Source: Escherichia phage vB_EcoD_Opt212. From it: DNA of 44,488 bases. Below are positions 7,241 through 16,803 of the stretch, in pieces; position 1 is the stretch's first letter, and each line of letters starts with the position of its first letter. The notes under the pieces were generated by a model that saw nothing but the letters and a program-made list of their open reading frames with translations, was not told the DNA's origin and made no database searches. The translations under genes and the position numbers were made by a program. The stretch lies in sequence record NC_073055.1, one strand, 5' to 3'.

Positions 7241-9496
7241 CAGGTCGTCATCGGTCGCAGAAAGCGTGATGGGTATATTCGTTTTGATGACTATATTCGA
7301 CGACCCATAGATGGCCCCGGTGTGCGGATCGGTATAAAAACCTAACACTCCGCGCTCAACCATATCGTCTATTGCCTTCGTAGATGTGCCACCTTTTGCC
7401 AATCCCGCCTGGCGGACAATTGCCGATTTGCTGAATCCGGTATGGTCCGGGTTATCTTCCATCAGTTTTTCCAGTGCCGCATAAAGCACTTTCTCTTTTT
7501 CGTTGCGCGGTCCTGCGGCATTCTCGTCCTTAACCGCGGCCTTGCCAGCCGCCTTCGCCTGTTCTATAGCGAACGGTGCCAGGGCGACCGGTACGAGGTA
7601 GAGAGTCTCGTCGCGTGGCGTGGAGGCAATCGGCTTGACGTCCCATCCGGCAACCACGTCGCCGAAGTCTGGCCCGGTGCTGGTGGACTGGTGCGCCTCG
7701 AACGCTTCTGACTTGCGGAGATCCACCTTCACCTTGCACTTGAGCAGGACGAAGCCACGCGGCGCTTGCTTGATGCCGTTACGTGCCTTTTCGTGATACA
7801 GGTTCAATTGGCCTGGCTGGTTGTCGTCCGGCTGTTCCAGGAAGAACGCAGAATCGACAGCGCCATGCAGCGCGCCGGACCCGCGGGGGGTTCTGCTGCC
7901 GTTTGCACCCTTCGCCGGGTGGTGGATGACGCCCGCACTGCCACCTGTATTTTCCGCGATGGCCTTCAGCGCTTTGACCACTTCACCCATATCGCTGGCG
8001 TTGTTCTCGTCGAACGGTTTAGCATCCGCGGACCGCAACGCAACAGTCTGGTTGAGTGAGTCGAACGCCACCAGGCCAACCGGTTCGCCGTTAGCGGTGC
8101 GGTTGATGAAGCTGATAACTTCACGCAAGCCGGATTTGCTGGTGATATCCCAGCCGCGTGATTGCAGATCGATAATGTGCAGCTTGTCCAGGTCGTGCTC
8201 ATATTTAATCTGCAATGCTTCTTTGCGCTGGTTAGAGGCTTCGCCACCTTCCGCGTCGAAATAGAAGCAATGAGACTGGACGACCTTCGCACCGCCGAAC
8301 GGAATACCAGCGGCAACCGCGCCCATCTGCCCCAGCACGTAGAACGATTTACCGATGTTCGACTCACCCGCCATATACCAGGTTGATTTAAAGTTAATCA
8401 ACCCCTCGATAATCGGGTCGTGCTTACTGAACAGCGCAACCGGCTCGTTATCCAGATCCGCATCGGTGCACACGCCGTATTCTTCGCCGTCGCCAACCGC
8501 ATCCACAATATGTTCATATAAGGATTCGACTTCCTCGTCGTCCAGCCCTGGGAGGATGGCGGCGATTTGCTTACGGGACATGTTGTGCGGCTCGACGTTC
8601 AGGTGGTCCGGTATCCCGATGAGACGTAGCGCCAGGTGCTGGTGTCTGTTCAGTTCCGAGCAACACTCGTTGCCGGTGTGCATACACTTGAAACGGATCT
8701 CGCCATCCTTAACCATGATAGCGGTGGACCCTTCACCACTGTGCAGGTGTTCGTTCGGGCATGGCACTTCATAACCACGACCGGACGACAGCGGTTCGAA
8801 TCCTGCCTGGAAGCACCAGTCCAGAATGCCGTCTGCCACTGCGTCGTCGCCCTGGGTAAGCTCGCGGCGTACTTCCTCTTTTTCCACCCCCAGCTTATCA
8901 GCCAGGCGAAGCAGACGACGGACGCGGGCACGTTTGCCGTAGTGACACTTAACAACCGATTGCTGGTGAGGCAGGTACATAAGGCGGTTTGTGTCTTTCG
9001 TGCAATCGTCGAAGTCCACATCTGACAGGCCCAGTTGGTGTAATAGTGCATACTGGACGCGGCCCAGGTCTTCCGCCGGTACAGGCTTGTCAGTGAGCAC
9101 CAGGAAACGAGCGCAACGCGTGCCGCCTTTCAGCGGGTGGCGGTCGCCGGTAGTGGTGTGGAAGACGTGCTCCAGTCCCGCGTCGATGAACGCCTTACGG
9201 CAGCGGCGCAGGGTGCGGGTGTCGGTGCGGTCAATATCAAAGAACAGGATCGAGCGGTCCACGGCACTGGTCTTGCGGCGTAAGCCGTCACGGGTATAAG
9301 CCACAATACCATCAGCCTTACGCTTGCGGCGCGCATACTCCGCTTTATCTTCCGTCTTGTTGATATGCACCGAGGATATTTCTTTCGCATCATTAATAAA
9401 TTCGAAAAACTCATCGGTGGTCATCTGGAAGTTTTCCGCCCTGGCTTTTTCGCCTTTTTTAGCGGGTCGTGTTACAGCGAATTTAATTAAGCTCAT
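7232..9496 (-). CDS. DNA primase/helicase (primase-polymerase-like N-terminus, P-loop NTPase, C-terminal wHTH)
   Basis: 754 aa; Walker A-like GESNIGKSF; Cys/His cluster; acidic FFDIDRTD segment. Confidence 0.75.
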   Translation of the reverse strand: MSLIKFAVTRPAKKGEKARAENFQMTTDEFFEFINDAKEISSVHINKTEDKAEYARRKRKADGIVAYTRDGLRRKTSAVDRSILFFDIDRTDTRTLRRCRKAFIDAGLEHVFHTTTGDRHPLKGGTRCARFLVLTDKPVPAEDLGRVQYALLHQLGLSDVDFDDCTKDTNRLMYLPHQQSVVKCHYGKRARVRRLLRLADKLGVEKEEVRRELTQGDDAVADGILDWCFQAGFEPLSSGRGYEVPCPNEHLHSGEGSTAIMVKDGEIRFKCMHTGNECCSELNRHQHLALRLIGIPDHLNVEPHNMSRKQIAAILPGLDDEEVESLYEHIVDAVGDGEEYGVCTDADLDNEPVALFSKHDPIIEGLINFKSTWYMAGESNIGKSFYVLGQMGAVAAGIPFGGAKVVQSHCFYFDAEGGEASNQRKEALQIKYEHDLDKLHIIDLQSRGWDITSKSGLREVISFINRTANGEPVGLVAFDSLNQTVALRSADAKPFDENNASDMGEVVKALKAIAENTGGSAGVIHHPAKGANGSRTPRGSGALHGAVDSAFFLEQPDDNQPGQLNLYHEKARNGIKQAPRGFVLLKCKVKVDLRKSEAFEAHQSTSTGPDFGDVVAGWDVKPIASTPRDETLYLVPVALAPFAIEQAKAAGKAAVKDENAAGPRNEKEKVLYAALEKLMEDNPDHTGFSKSAIVRQAGLAKGGTSTKAIDDMVERGVLGFYTDPHTGAIYGSSNIVIKTNIPITLSATDDDLKD

Positions 9497-9506
9497 TGCC
9501 GTGGCC

Positions 9507-9836
9507 TTACTTAGAAGTTTTATTATTGCGTACCCAGGAGCGCACTGTGCTCTGATTAATTCCGGTTAGCTCTGCAATCATCGCCCATGATTTGCCCTCG
9601 GCGCGCAAACGGATAACCTGTTTTTTGTATTCTTCCATTTCTTCATTGTGTTTTTGCAGCTTGCTTGCTGCCGTGCCGTTGAGCAATTCCAGCTTCGCGG
9701 TAAGCTCCTTCTCAGCACGCGATAATCTGGACACTTCAAATAACAGAGTATCCACCGCATTTGTGTAATACCAGGATTTACCCGCTTCGCCGCGGATTGC
9801 ATTAGATAACACTTCAATTGCTTCTTTGATATTCAT
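9507..9836 (-). CDS. small HTH DNA-binding protein (putative regulator)
   Basis: 109 aa; C-terminal HTH (GKSWAMIAELTGINQSTVRSWV); first gene of leftward operon. Confidence 0.6.
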   Translation of the reverse strand: MNIKEAIEVLSNAIRGEAGKSWYYTNAVDTLLFEVSRLSRAEKELTAKLELLNGTAASKLQKHNEEMEEYKKQVIRLRAEGKSWAMIAELTGINQSTVRSWVRNNKTSK

Positions 9837-9971
9837 AATTCAGTCTCCTGTTGGTTAATGACCAATGAAACTACACCTAAAACCACAAGGTGTCAAATCC
9901 TTTGGATATTGAAACGGGCGCGCACGCGTGTAATAATAATTCCCGTCTCATTGTCTTGTCTCTTATTGGTT

Positions 9972-10006
9972 AGCGCCGGTGCATTTTGCCTCGGCGCTTT
10001 TTTTTT
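9972..10006 (+). terminator. terminator-like hairpin with T-run
   Basis: AGCGCCG...CGGCGCT stem then T9; lies upstream of rightward early promoter. Confidence 0.4.
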
Positions 10007-10016
10007 GAATTAGTTG

Positions 10017-10046
10017 TTGACACCCATCCTGCAACCAATCTATCAT
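10017..10046 (+). promoter_or_regulatory. sigma70-like promoter (TTGACA-N18-TATCAT)
   Basis: hexamers read directly; spacer contains TGCAACCAAT motif. Confidence 0.45.
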
Positions 10047-10242
10047 TCACTCCGTCGACAGGATGCAGGACGCAAACTGGAGAGGGGCAACGAAGGGGCC
10101 GGATCGAAGTGTCAGGATTCCCAACCGTGATTATATAACCAGGTCCACTACCCGAACGGGAGAACGCGTAACCTGGCAATATGTTAAGGCCACCGACGAA
10201 GTTAACTGCCGACACCTAAACTTAACCAATCGGAGATATACC

Positions 10243-10758
10243 ATGTTTGAGCAAATCGTAAACCTGATCACTCGCGGAGTAGTAGCACTGGAAACCATTG
10301 CAAAGCATTATGAAACCGTTGGCGCTGCCGTTGGTAAACAGGAAGATAAGAAGCCGTCTAAGGCCAAAAAAGAAGTTGTCGAAGATGACGACGATGAAGC
10401 TGAAGACGAAAAACCGGCTAAATCTAAAAAAACACCGGCGAAATGTAAGGCTAAAAAAGAAGTCGTAGAAGATGACGACGACGATGCCGAAGACGAAAAA
10501 CCGGCTAAGTCTAAAAAAGCACCGGCGAAAGGCAAAGGTAAGAAAGATGCCGATCCGCTGGCAGAGATGCGCGACGAAATCAAACAGTATGCCGCGATTA
10601 TTGCCGGTGGTGACGATGACGACGCGAACGACGAATTTGATGATCTGCTGGAAGCGTTCGAAATTAAATCCATCGCCAAGCTGGAAGACGACGACGTTGA
10701 AGACTTCCACAAAGATTTAAAAGAAATCGTCGAAACCTATTTCGAACTGGAAGATTAA
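10243..10758 (+). CDS. acidic/basic tandem-repeat protein
   Basis: 171 aa from ATG with GGAG RBS (track ORF extends upstream without RBS); two ~28-aa repeats KAKKEVVEDDDDEAEDEKPAKSKK; acidic C-terminal half. Confidence 0.6.
   Translation: MFEQIVNLITRGVVALETIAKHYETVGAAVGKQEDKKPSKAKKEVVEDDDDEAEDEKPAKSKKTPAKCKAKKEVVEDDDDDAEDEKPAKSKKAPAKGKGKKDADPLAEMRDEIKQYAAIIAGGDDDDANDEFDDLLEAFEIKSIAKLEDDDVEDFHKDLKEIVETYFELED
10357..10533 (+). repeat. tandem ~84-bp coding repeat (2 copies)
   Basis: near-identical DNA and protein repeats inside 10243..10758. Confidence 0.7.
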
Positions 10759-10806
10759 TGTATTCCGGCCCGCTAATCTGCGGGCCTATTTTTAGAGGAC
10801 GAGACA

Positions 10807-11058
10807 ATGGCACGCTTCACGCTAATCGAGGCGGTGGACTCCCGCGACCAGCGCCCGTACTATTGGCTATTCGAACGCATCGGCAGCTTTCAGTCACGCG
10901 TTGCCGTAATAGATAAACGCCGTAACACCCCCGCGCAAATTAAGCGCACCACCTTTACTAACCCCGACTTTTATATTTGGGCGGATTCCAATCTGGAATA
11001 TGTTCGCTTCGCAGTTGCATCCGAAGCAAAAACAATCGACCGCTGGGAGACAAAATAA
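10807..11058 (+). CDS. hypothetical protein
   Basis: 83 aa, AGAGGA RBS. Confidence 0.55.
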   Translation: MARFTLIEAVDSRDQRPYYWLFERIGSFQSRVAVIDKRRNTPAQIKRTTFTNPDFYIWADSNLEYVRFAVASEAKTIDRWETK

Positions 11059-11237
11059 TGAAATTCTTCGTCATGGCAACTTGCCACGAATTAAACGATC
11101 ACACTTCTTTTATTGTTGAAAACACCAACGCAAGCAATTGCTTTGTGGACGCGCAAAATGAAGTTAAGCGCCGAGTCGAAAAAGCGGGCCTGGCTAATGT
11201 GAAATATGTAATTGTCCAGTTTACACGGGTGGAATAA
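11058..11237 (+). CDS. small hypothetical protein (59 aa)
   Basis: start overlaps previous stop; internal ATG of track ORF 10977..11237. Confidence 0.4.
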   Translation: MKFFVMATCHELNDHTSFIVENTNASNCFVDAQNEVKRRVEKAGLANVKYVIVQFTRVE

Positions 11238-12667
11238 TGGCGATTAAACCAAAACGTAAAACGCAATCCGGTAGCAACACGGAACACTCATTACTCGGGC
11301 CGTCCGGTGCTAAAAAATGGATGGGTTGCCCTGCCGCCCTGGTGGTGGAAAAAGATATCCCGAACGAATCCGGGCAAGCGGCGATTAACGGTACGAGTAT
11401 GCACACCGTATCAGAGGTCGTGCTAAACCGCATTATCGCCGGTGAGAAGCTGATAACCGCGAAGACGTATAAAGGGTGCTACGTCGAGAACGAAGGCAAG
11501 GGGCCAGTAAAGGCCCACCCGAAAGCACCGAAAGGCGGCGTACTGGTCAACGACGACATGGTGAAACAGTGCGACGCGTACATCGACCACTGGCGACCGC
11601 TCCTCGAAGTGGCGGAGTTTGTTCAGCTTGAGATGCGCGCCGATCTGACCCGCGTCCTTCACTCAGGCTTCGAGATCGACGGCAACCTGGTTAAGACGTT
11701 CGGTACTGCCGATATGGTTATGGTCATGAAGAAGACCGACGGCACGTACATGCTGATTGTTGGCGACCTGAAGACGGGACGACATAAGGTCGAGGCGAAA
11801 GAAAACAAACAGCTTATGTTGTACGCGCTCGGCCTGCTGCGCAAGCTGAAAACTATGTACGACATTACGACCGTGCGCCTGGTTATCTTCCAGCCGTATT
11901 GCGGCGGGGCGTCGGAGTGGGATATTTCGGTAGAAGCCCTGGAGATATTCGCGAAGTTTGCGTCCAAGCGTGCTATCGCCGCCCTGGAAGCGTACGCCCG
12001 CGGCAAAAAGGGACTCACCCGTGCCGACTTCAGACCGAGCGTTGATGCGTGTCAGTGGTGCCGATTTGCGGATCAGTGTAGCGCCCGCGCTAAGGCCGCA
12101 ATCGACACGATGACCCCACCAACGGCAACAGACGAAGACCTGGGCGACGACGTGAGTATTGCGACAGAGGAAGAATGCGCCAATCACGATCGCAATATGA
12201 CCCGCGAAGCCCGCAAAGCGGCACGACGTGCGAAGCGTGGTAAGAAAGAAGCGGCCCCAGGCGCTATGACCGCCGCAGAACTGCGCAAGGCATATGAAGG
12301 TTTAGACGCAATGCGCCAGCACATCAAGGCTATAGAGTCCGCGGTATTCAAGGCGGTTATGGCTGGCGAAGGCGAATCGCTGGGCCTCAAAATGGTTGCC
12401 GGTAAGGAAGGGATCCGCAAGTGGGCGGACGAAAGCGAAGTGATTGAAATCTTCACGAAGGCCCGGATCAAGCGCGATGTTATGTACAAAGAAACATTAC
12501 TCAGCCCTACTGATGCCGAGAAGGTACTGAAGGACGAGAAGCCGAAAGTGTGGGCAAAGTTGTGTGATAAAATAACGCGCGCACCAGCTAAACCGGTATT
12601 AGCACCCATCGACGACCCGCGCCCTGCGTGGTCTGTAGCTACTGACGAGGACTTAAGCAATGAATAA
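11237..12667 (+). CDS. PD-(D/E)XK nuclease, DUF2800-like with Cas4-type Cys cluster
   Basis: 476 aa; N-terminal HSLLGPSGAKKWMGCP; GDLKTG and QLMLYALG motifs; CQWCRFADQC cysteines. Confidence 0.75.
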   Translation: MAIKPKRKTQSGSNTEHSLLGPSGAKKWMGCPAALVVEKDIPNESGQAAINGTSMHTVSEVVLNRIIAGEKLITAKTYKGCYVENEGKGPVKAHPKAPKGGVLVNDDMVKQCDAYIDHWRPLLEVAEFVQLEMRADLTRVLHSGFEIDGNLVKTFGTADMVMVMKKTDGTYMLIVGDLKTGRHKVEAKENKQLMLYALGLLRKLKTMYDITTVRLVIFQPYCGGASEWDISVEALEIFAKFASKRAIAALEAYARGKKGLTRADFRPSVDACQWCRFADQCSARAKAAIDTMTPPTATDEDLGDDVSIATEEECANHDRNMTREARKAARRAKRGKKEAAPGAMTAAELRKAYEGLDAMRQHIKAIESAVFKAVMAGEGESLGLKMVAGKEGIRKWADESEVIEIFTKARIKRDVMYKETLLSPTDAEKVLKDEKPKVWAKLCDKITRAPAKPVLAPIDDPRPAWSVATDEDLSNE

Positions 12668-12902
12668 AGTATTCGCAATATTATTGATGTTTGTTATCGG
12701 CGCGCTGGGCTTTATCCTGCATTGTGTGCATGGCGTGTTAATGGTGGCGTGGATGATTCGCCATCCGACCCGCTGGCTTGACGACGGATATAGTGACGCT
12801 GCCGTCGACTGGGTGGAGAAGAACATCGACCGACCGCCGTTAAGCTGGGTAGAGAACGCTACCGACTACGTTACCAGAAATCTTTTTAATAAAAGTGCTT
12901 GA
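12660..12902 (+). CDS. small membrane protein
   Basis: 80 aa, N-terminal TM segments. Confidence 0.5.
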   Translation: MNKVFAILLMFVIGALGFILHCVHGVLMVAWMIRHPTRWLDDGYSDAAVDWVEKNIDRPPLSWVENATDYVTRNLFNKSA

Positions 12903-12927
12903 CCGCTTAGGCGCAACCAAGTAGATT
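12899..12927 (+). promoter_or_regulatory. sigma70-like promoter (TTGACC-N17-TAGATT)
   Basis: spacer contains GCAACCAAG motif; upstream of 12993 gene. Confidence 0.4.
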
Positions 12928-12992
12928 AGCAACCAAGCCGAACGGGGTGGCTCATAATAACCCCGATACATGTGAAAATGAGGAATTGGAAA

Positions 12993-13775
12993 ATGGCTAA
13001 AGTCAACCTGAAAAATGTGCGCGTATGTTTCCTTAAAATTTGGGAACGTGATACCCCTAAACAGGATGGACAAAAACCGGCATACCGTGCAGTGATTCTC
13101 CTTGATAAAGAAGATCCGCAGGTGGACAAAGTGGAAGCGGCAGCGCGCGCAGTGCTCACCGACAAGCTGAAATCCGAGAAGAATGCTGATAAGTGGATGG
13201 ACCGCCACTACGCCCAGGATTCTAAGGAATGCGCAGTTCGCGACGGTGACGAGCGCGACGAAGTAACCGAAGAATTCGAAGGCATGTTGTACATCAACGC
13301 CAAATCGTTCAAACAGCCGATCATTCAAACGTCACTCGGCGAGAAGCAGACGGAACAAGGTCTGACCGTAGAAGGCGACGAGATCGAAGGCCAGGAGATC
13401 TACTCCGGTTGTTATTGCAATGTGTCCCTGGATATTTGGGCGTGGAACAATACCAACGGCAAGGGTCTCGGGGCTGGCTTGCTGGGTCTGCGATTCCGTG
13501 AAGACGGCGAAGCCTTCGGAGGTGGCGGGTCTTCTTGCTCCGATGAAGACCTGGACAACGACGACGAAGACGAAGCACCGCGCAAGTCCAAAAAGTCAAA
13601 ACGTCGTGATGACGATGATGAAGATGACAAGCCGCGCAAGTCCAAGAAATCCAAGCGCCGCGATGACGACGATGAGGAAGATGAAAAACCTCGCAAACGC
13701 CGCAAGTCCCGCGATGACGAAGATGAGGACGAAGACGACGAAGACGAAGCACCACGTAAACGTCGCCGCCGTTAA
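12993..13775 (+). CDS. DUF2815-like ssDNA-binding protein with charged repeat tail
   Basis: ATG with AGGAA RBS; N-terminus MAKVNLKNVRVCF; C-terminal repeats PRKSKKSKRRDDDDE. Confidence 0.65.
   Translation: MAKVNLKNVRVCFLKIWERDTPKQDGQKPAYRAVILLDKEDPQVDKVEAAARAVLTDKLKSEKNADKWMDRHYAQDSKECAVRDGDERDEVTEEFEGMLYINAKSFKQPIIQTSLGEKQTEQGLTVEGDEIEGQEIYSGCYCNVSLDIWAWNNTNGKGLGAGLLGLRFREDGEAFGGGGSSCSDEDLDNDDEDEAPRKSKKSKRRDDDDEDDKPRKSKKSKRRDDDDEEDEKPRKRRKSRDDEDEDEDDEDEAPRKRRRR
13562..13772 (+). repeat. tandem coding repeats (acidic/basic modules, 3 copies)
   Basis: repeated DDDDEDDKPRKSKKSKRR units at protein and DNA level. Confidence 0.6.
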
Positions 13776-13794
13776 GGGCAAAGCCCACTATTCA

Positions 13795-13818
13795 AGCCCG
13801 CTTAATGCGGGCTTTTTA
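13795..13818 (+). terminator. rho-independent terminator
   Basis: stem AGCCCGC/GCGGGCT followed by T5. Confidence 0.6.
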
Positions 13819-13833
13819 ACGGGACAACGAAAA

Positions 13834-14004
13834 ATGCATATTAAAGCCAGCGAAGTAAAAGTCGGAATGCAAGTATGGTCCAAGCTACTGGGGGAATATT
13901 TCACAGTTGCCGAGATTCGCAACAATGGAGAAGAGATCGCCCTGTCCGACGGCATCTTCTCCATGATCGGCAGCGCTGACGCCGTAGTGAGGATAAAGCA
14001 ATGA
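13834..14004 (+). CDS. small hypothetical protein (56 aa)
   Basis: ATG after terminator; ATGA overlap with DNA polymerase start. Confidence 0.4.
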   Translation: MHIKASEVKVGMQVWSKLLGEYFTVAEIRNNGEEIALSDGIFSMIGSADAVVRIKQ

Positions 14005-16292
14005 AAGACTTCGAACGTCTGTTTCTCGACACAGAGACATTTAGCGGGGTGGACCTGAAGAAAGTTGGGGCGTACGCCTACGCAGAGCACCCAACCACCG
14101 AGATTATGATTTGCACATACGCCATCGACGAGGGCCGCGTGCAGACATGGGATTGCACTGAATCCCCCACAATGCCGCGTGAACTGCGCAAGGCGCTCCG
14201 CCATGTTTCCCGCAAGAAAGCAAAAATAGTGATGGCTAACGGCCTCCTGTTTGACCGCCTGGTTATTCGCGAGAAGTGGGGTATTGACCTGCCGGTAAGC
14301 CAGATCGAAGACACCATGATTATGGCCTTTCGCCACGCGCTGCCCGGTAGTCTCGACATGCAATGCCAGGTGCTGGGCGTTGACGCAGAACACGCGAAGG
14401 ATAAGGCTGGCAAGGCGCTGATCAAACGCTTCTGTAAGCCAACCCCTAAGACTTACAAAATCCGCCGCTACACTCGCGAGACTCACCCTGAAGAATGGGC
14501 CAAATTTCTGCGATATGCCGCGCTGGATATTATCGCGATGCGTGAGGTCTACTGGCGCATACCGGACTGGGGTAATACTCCGAAGGAAGATGAAATCCTG
14601 CTTATCGACCAGTTGATCAACGACCGCGGCTTCTATGTGGACGTTGACCTGGCGAACGCCGCGATCAAAGCGGTGCAGGCGCATAAGGAAGAATTGAAGG
14701 AGGAAGCCTGGGAGCGATTTGGCGGTAAACTGACAGGCAATGACTTCCTGCCAATCCTGCGTGATATCGCCCCGGCGTTCACAATCCACAACGCGCAGAA
14801 ATCCACACTTAACGACCTGCTTGAAGACCCGGACTTCCCCGACGAAGGCAAAGCGCTTATCGAAATGCGCCTCGGTGCGTCATCAACGGCATCGACTAAG
14901 TACAATCCGCTAGTTAACGGCTTATCCGCAGATGGTCGCCGCCGTGGGTGTCTTCAGTATGGCGGCGCAAAGCGCACGCTGCGCTGGGCGGGTAAAGGCT
15001 TCCAGCCTCAAAACCTGGCACGCGGCGAGTATAGCGACGATCACGAAGGGAAGATTAAGCGCCGCGAAGGCGAGAGCGACGTTGCTTTTTGGGTCCGGTC
15101 GCACATGCTCACCAACGGCATCAATTCCCTGTTACGCGGGACCGCGCACTGGGCGTATGACATATCTAAGCTAACAGCCTCTACCGTTCGCGGGTGCATT
15201 ATCCCGGCTAAGGGCAAGAAGTTTGTCGTAGCGGACTACTCCAACGTGGAAGGGCGTGGACTTGCCTGGATCGCTGGCGAGAAAACCGCGCTAATGGTGT
15301 TTAAGGCCGGTCGTGATATCTATTGTGAGACTGCCGGTAAGATGTTCGGCCTGGACCCGGACTACATTAAAGCTAACCGCAAGGACTTACGCCAGATCGG
15401 TAAGGCGTGCGAATTGGGGCTGGGCTATGGTGGCGGCGTCGCGGCGTTCTTGCAGTTCGCTAAAAACCTGGGCCTCGACCTTTACGCGATGGCGGACGTC
15501 ATGAAGGGCACATTCCCCGATCACATTTGGGCAGCGGCTAAACGGGGTTATGAGTACGCCCGTATTAACGAAGCGAAACGCCCACCGAAGCCCGGCAAGA
15601 AAGACGAGCGCCCAACATACATACTGCCTAAAAACGTTTGGCTGACGTGCGACGCGATCAAACGTATGTGGCGTGAGGCTCACCCGAAGACGGTAGCCTT
15701 TTGGGCCGAGCTTGAGGACGCGGTGTTGTGTGCAATCCGCAATCCGGGCAAAGCATACTGGGCGGGCGCGAACGTTCGCCCGGACGGTAGAAAAGCGCTC
15801 AAGATTGTCCGTACGAAGGCGAAGCACGACCCAACCTTTGACGAGGAGCGCGACGACCCGAACGCCGCGGGGTGGTGGTTGAAAATTGAGTTGCCGTCGG
15901 GGCGCATCATGAGCTACCCAGGCATCGCGCTGTCTGTCACTACCGAGATTGACGAGGACACCGGCAAGAAACGCACCAGCACACGCATCAAATACCAGGG
16001 CGAGAATCAGACGACGCGCCAGTGGGGTTTCCAGTACACCTACGGCGGCAAATTGACGGAGAACATCGTACAGGCGTTGTGCCGCGATATTCTCGCATGG
16101 TCCATGCCAGGCGTTGAAGCTGCGGGGTATGAGATCGTCCTGTCAGTACACGACGAATTGATCACAGAAGTGCCGGACACCGACGACTACACGACCGAGG
16201 AGCTTTGCGCGCTGATGTGCGACCTGCCTATTTGGGCGAAAGGTTTCCCACTTGCCGCAGAGGGCGATTGCATGTACAGATACAGGAAGTAA
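14001..16292 (+). CDS. DNA polymerase, family A, with 3'-5' exonuclease domain
   Basis: 763 aa; exo motif FLDTETFS; pol motif B RQIGKACELGLGYGG; motif C LSVHDEL. Confidence 0.9.
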   Translation: MKDFERLFLDTETFSGVDLKKVGAYAYAEHPTTEIMICTYAIDEGRVQTWDCTESPTMPRELRKALRHVSRKKAKIVMANGLLFDRLVIREKWGIDLPVSQIEDTMIMAFRHALPGSLDMQCQVLGVDAEHAKDKAGKALIKRFCKPTPKTYKIRRYTRETHPEEWAKFLRYAALDIIAMREVYWRIPDWGNTPKEDEILLIDQLINDRGFYVDVDLANAAIKAVQAHKEELKEEAWERFGGKLTGNDFLPILRDIAPAFTIHNAQKSTLNDLLEDPDFPDEGKALIEMRLGASSTASTKYNPLVNGLSADGRRRGCLQYGGAKRTLRWAGKGFQPQNLARGEYSDDHEGKIKRREGESDVAFWVRSHMLTNGINSLLRGTAHWAYDISKLTASTVRGCIIPAKGKKFVVADYSNVEGRGLAWIAGEKTALMVFKAGRDIYCETAGKMFGLDPDYIKANRKDLRQIGKACELGLGYGGGVAAFLQFAKNLGLDLYAMADVMKGTFPDHIWAAAKRGYEYARINEAKRPPKPGKKDERPTYILPKNVWLTCDAIKRMWREAHPKTVAFWAELEDAVLCAIRNPGKAYWAGANVRPDGRKALKIVRTKAKHDPTFDEERDDPNAAGWWLKIELPSGRIMSYPGIALSVTTEIDEDTGKKRTSTRIKYQGENQTTRQWGFQYTYGGKLTENIVQALCRDILAWSMPGVEAAGYEIVLSVHDELITEVPDTDDYTTEELCALMCDLPIWAKGFPLAAEGDCMYRYRK

Positions 16293-16296
16293 GATT

Positions 16297-16488
16297 ATGA
16301 AAGCAGAAATGAGCATTATGCGCGCTGGCGCGACTGACAATGACGAGATTCGAATCGTCCTTAGACTGGAACGTGGCAAGACCATAACGGCGCTTGTCAC
16401 GCCTGAAAACCTGGCGCTGGCGCTAACCGGTCGATCGGATATACCGGTAGACCTTCGTCTGCGTAACGTGGAATTACAAACCAAATGA
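16297..16488 (+). CDS. small hypothetical protein (63 aa)
   Basis: internal ATG with AGGAAG RBS. Confidence 0.4.
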   Translation: MKAEMSIMRAGATDNDEIRIVLRLERGKTITALVTPENLALALTGRSDIPVDLRLRNVELQTK

Positions 16489-16763
16489 CACCAGAAGGCA
16501 AGATTCAAAGTCACCTTATGAAGCTGGTGAAAGCCGTCGGCGGATTCTGCCGTAAAGTGGCATGGGAGGGGCGCGCAGGTGCGCCTGACCTGATTATCAT
16601 CATCAACGGCAAAATAGTGTTCGTCGAAGTGAAGCAACCCGGCGGCAAACCGAAGCCGCACCAGGTACGTGAACATGAGCGAATGGCCCGCCGCGGTGCT
16701 GACGTTCGCGTTATCGACAACATATCCGACTGCGATTTATTGGTTGCTGAATTGGTCGCATAG
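16485..16763 (+). CDS. VRR-NUC domain nuclease
   Basis: 92 aa; GAPDLIIIINGKIVFVEVKQPGGKPKPHQ matches the VRR-NUC pattern. Confidence 0.65.
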   Translation: MTPEGKIQSHLMKLVKAVGGFCRKVAWEGRAGAPDLIIIINGKIVFVEVKQPGGKPKPHQVREHERMARRGADVRVIDNISDCDLLVAELVA

Positions 16764-16803
16764 CGGTATAGTGTGCCGGTTATCCATATCGAGGATTTTA
16801 GAG

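Noticed and set aside
9970-10215. 81-aa minus-strand ORF in the divergent early control region
   Set aside because: GTG start without RBS, overlaps the predicted promoter and terminator hairpin, junk-like sequence.
10063-10242. upstream extension of the acidic-protein ORF
   Set aside because: No RBS at 10063, Arg-rich N-terminal extension, and the GGAG RBS precedes the ATG at 10243.
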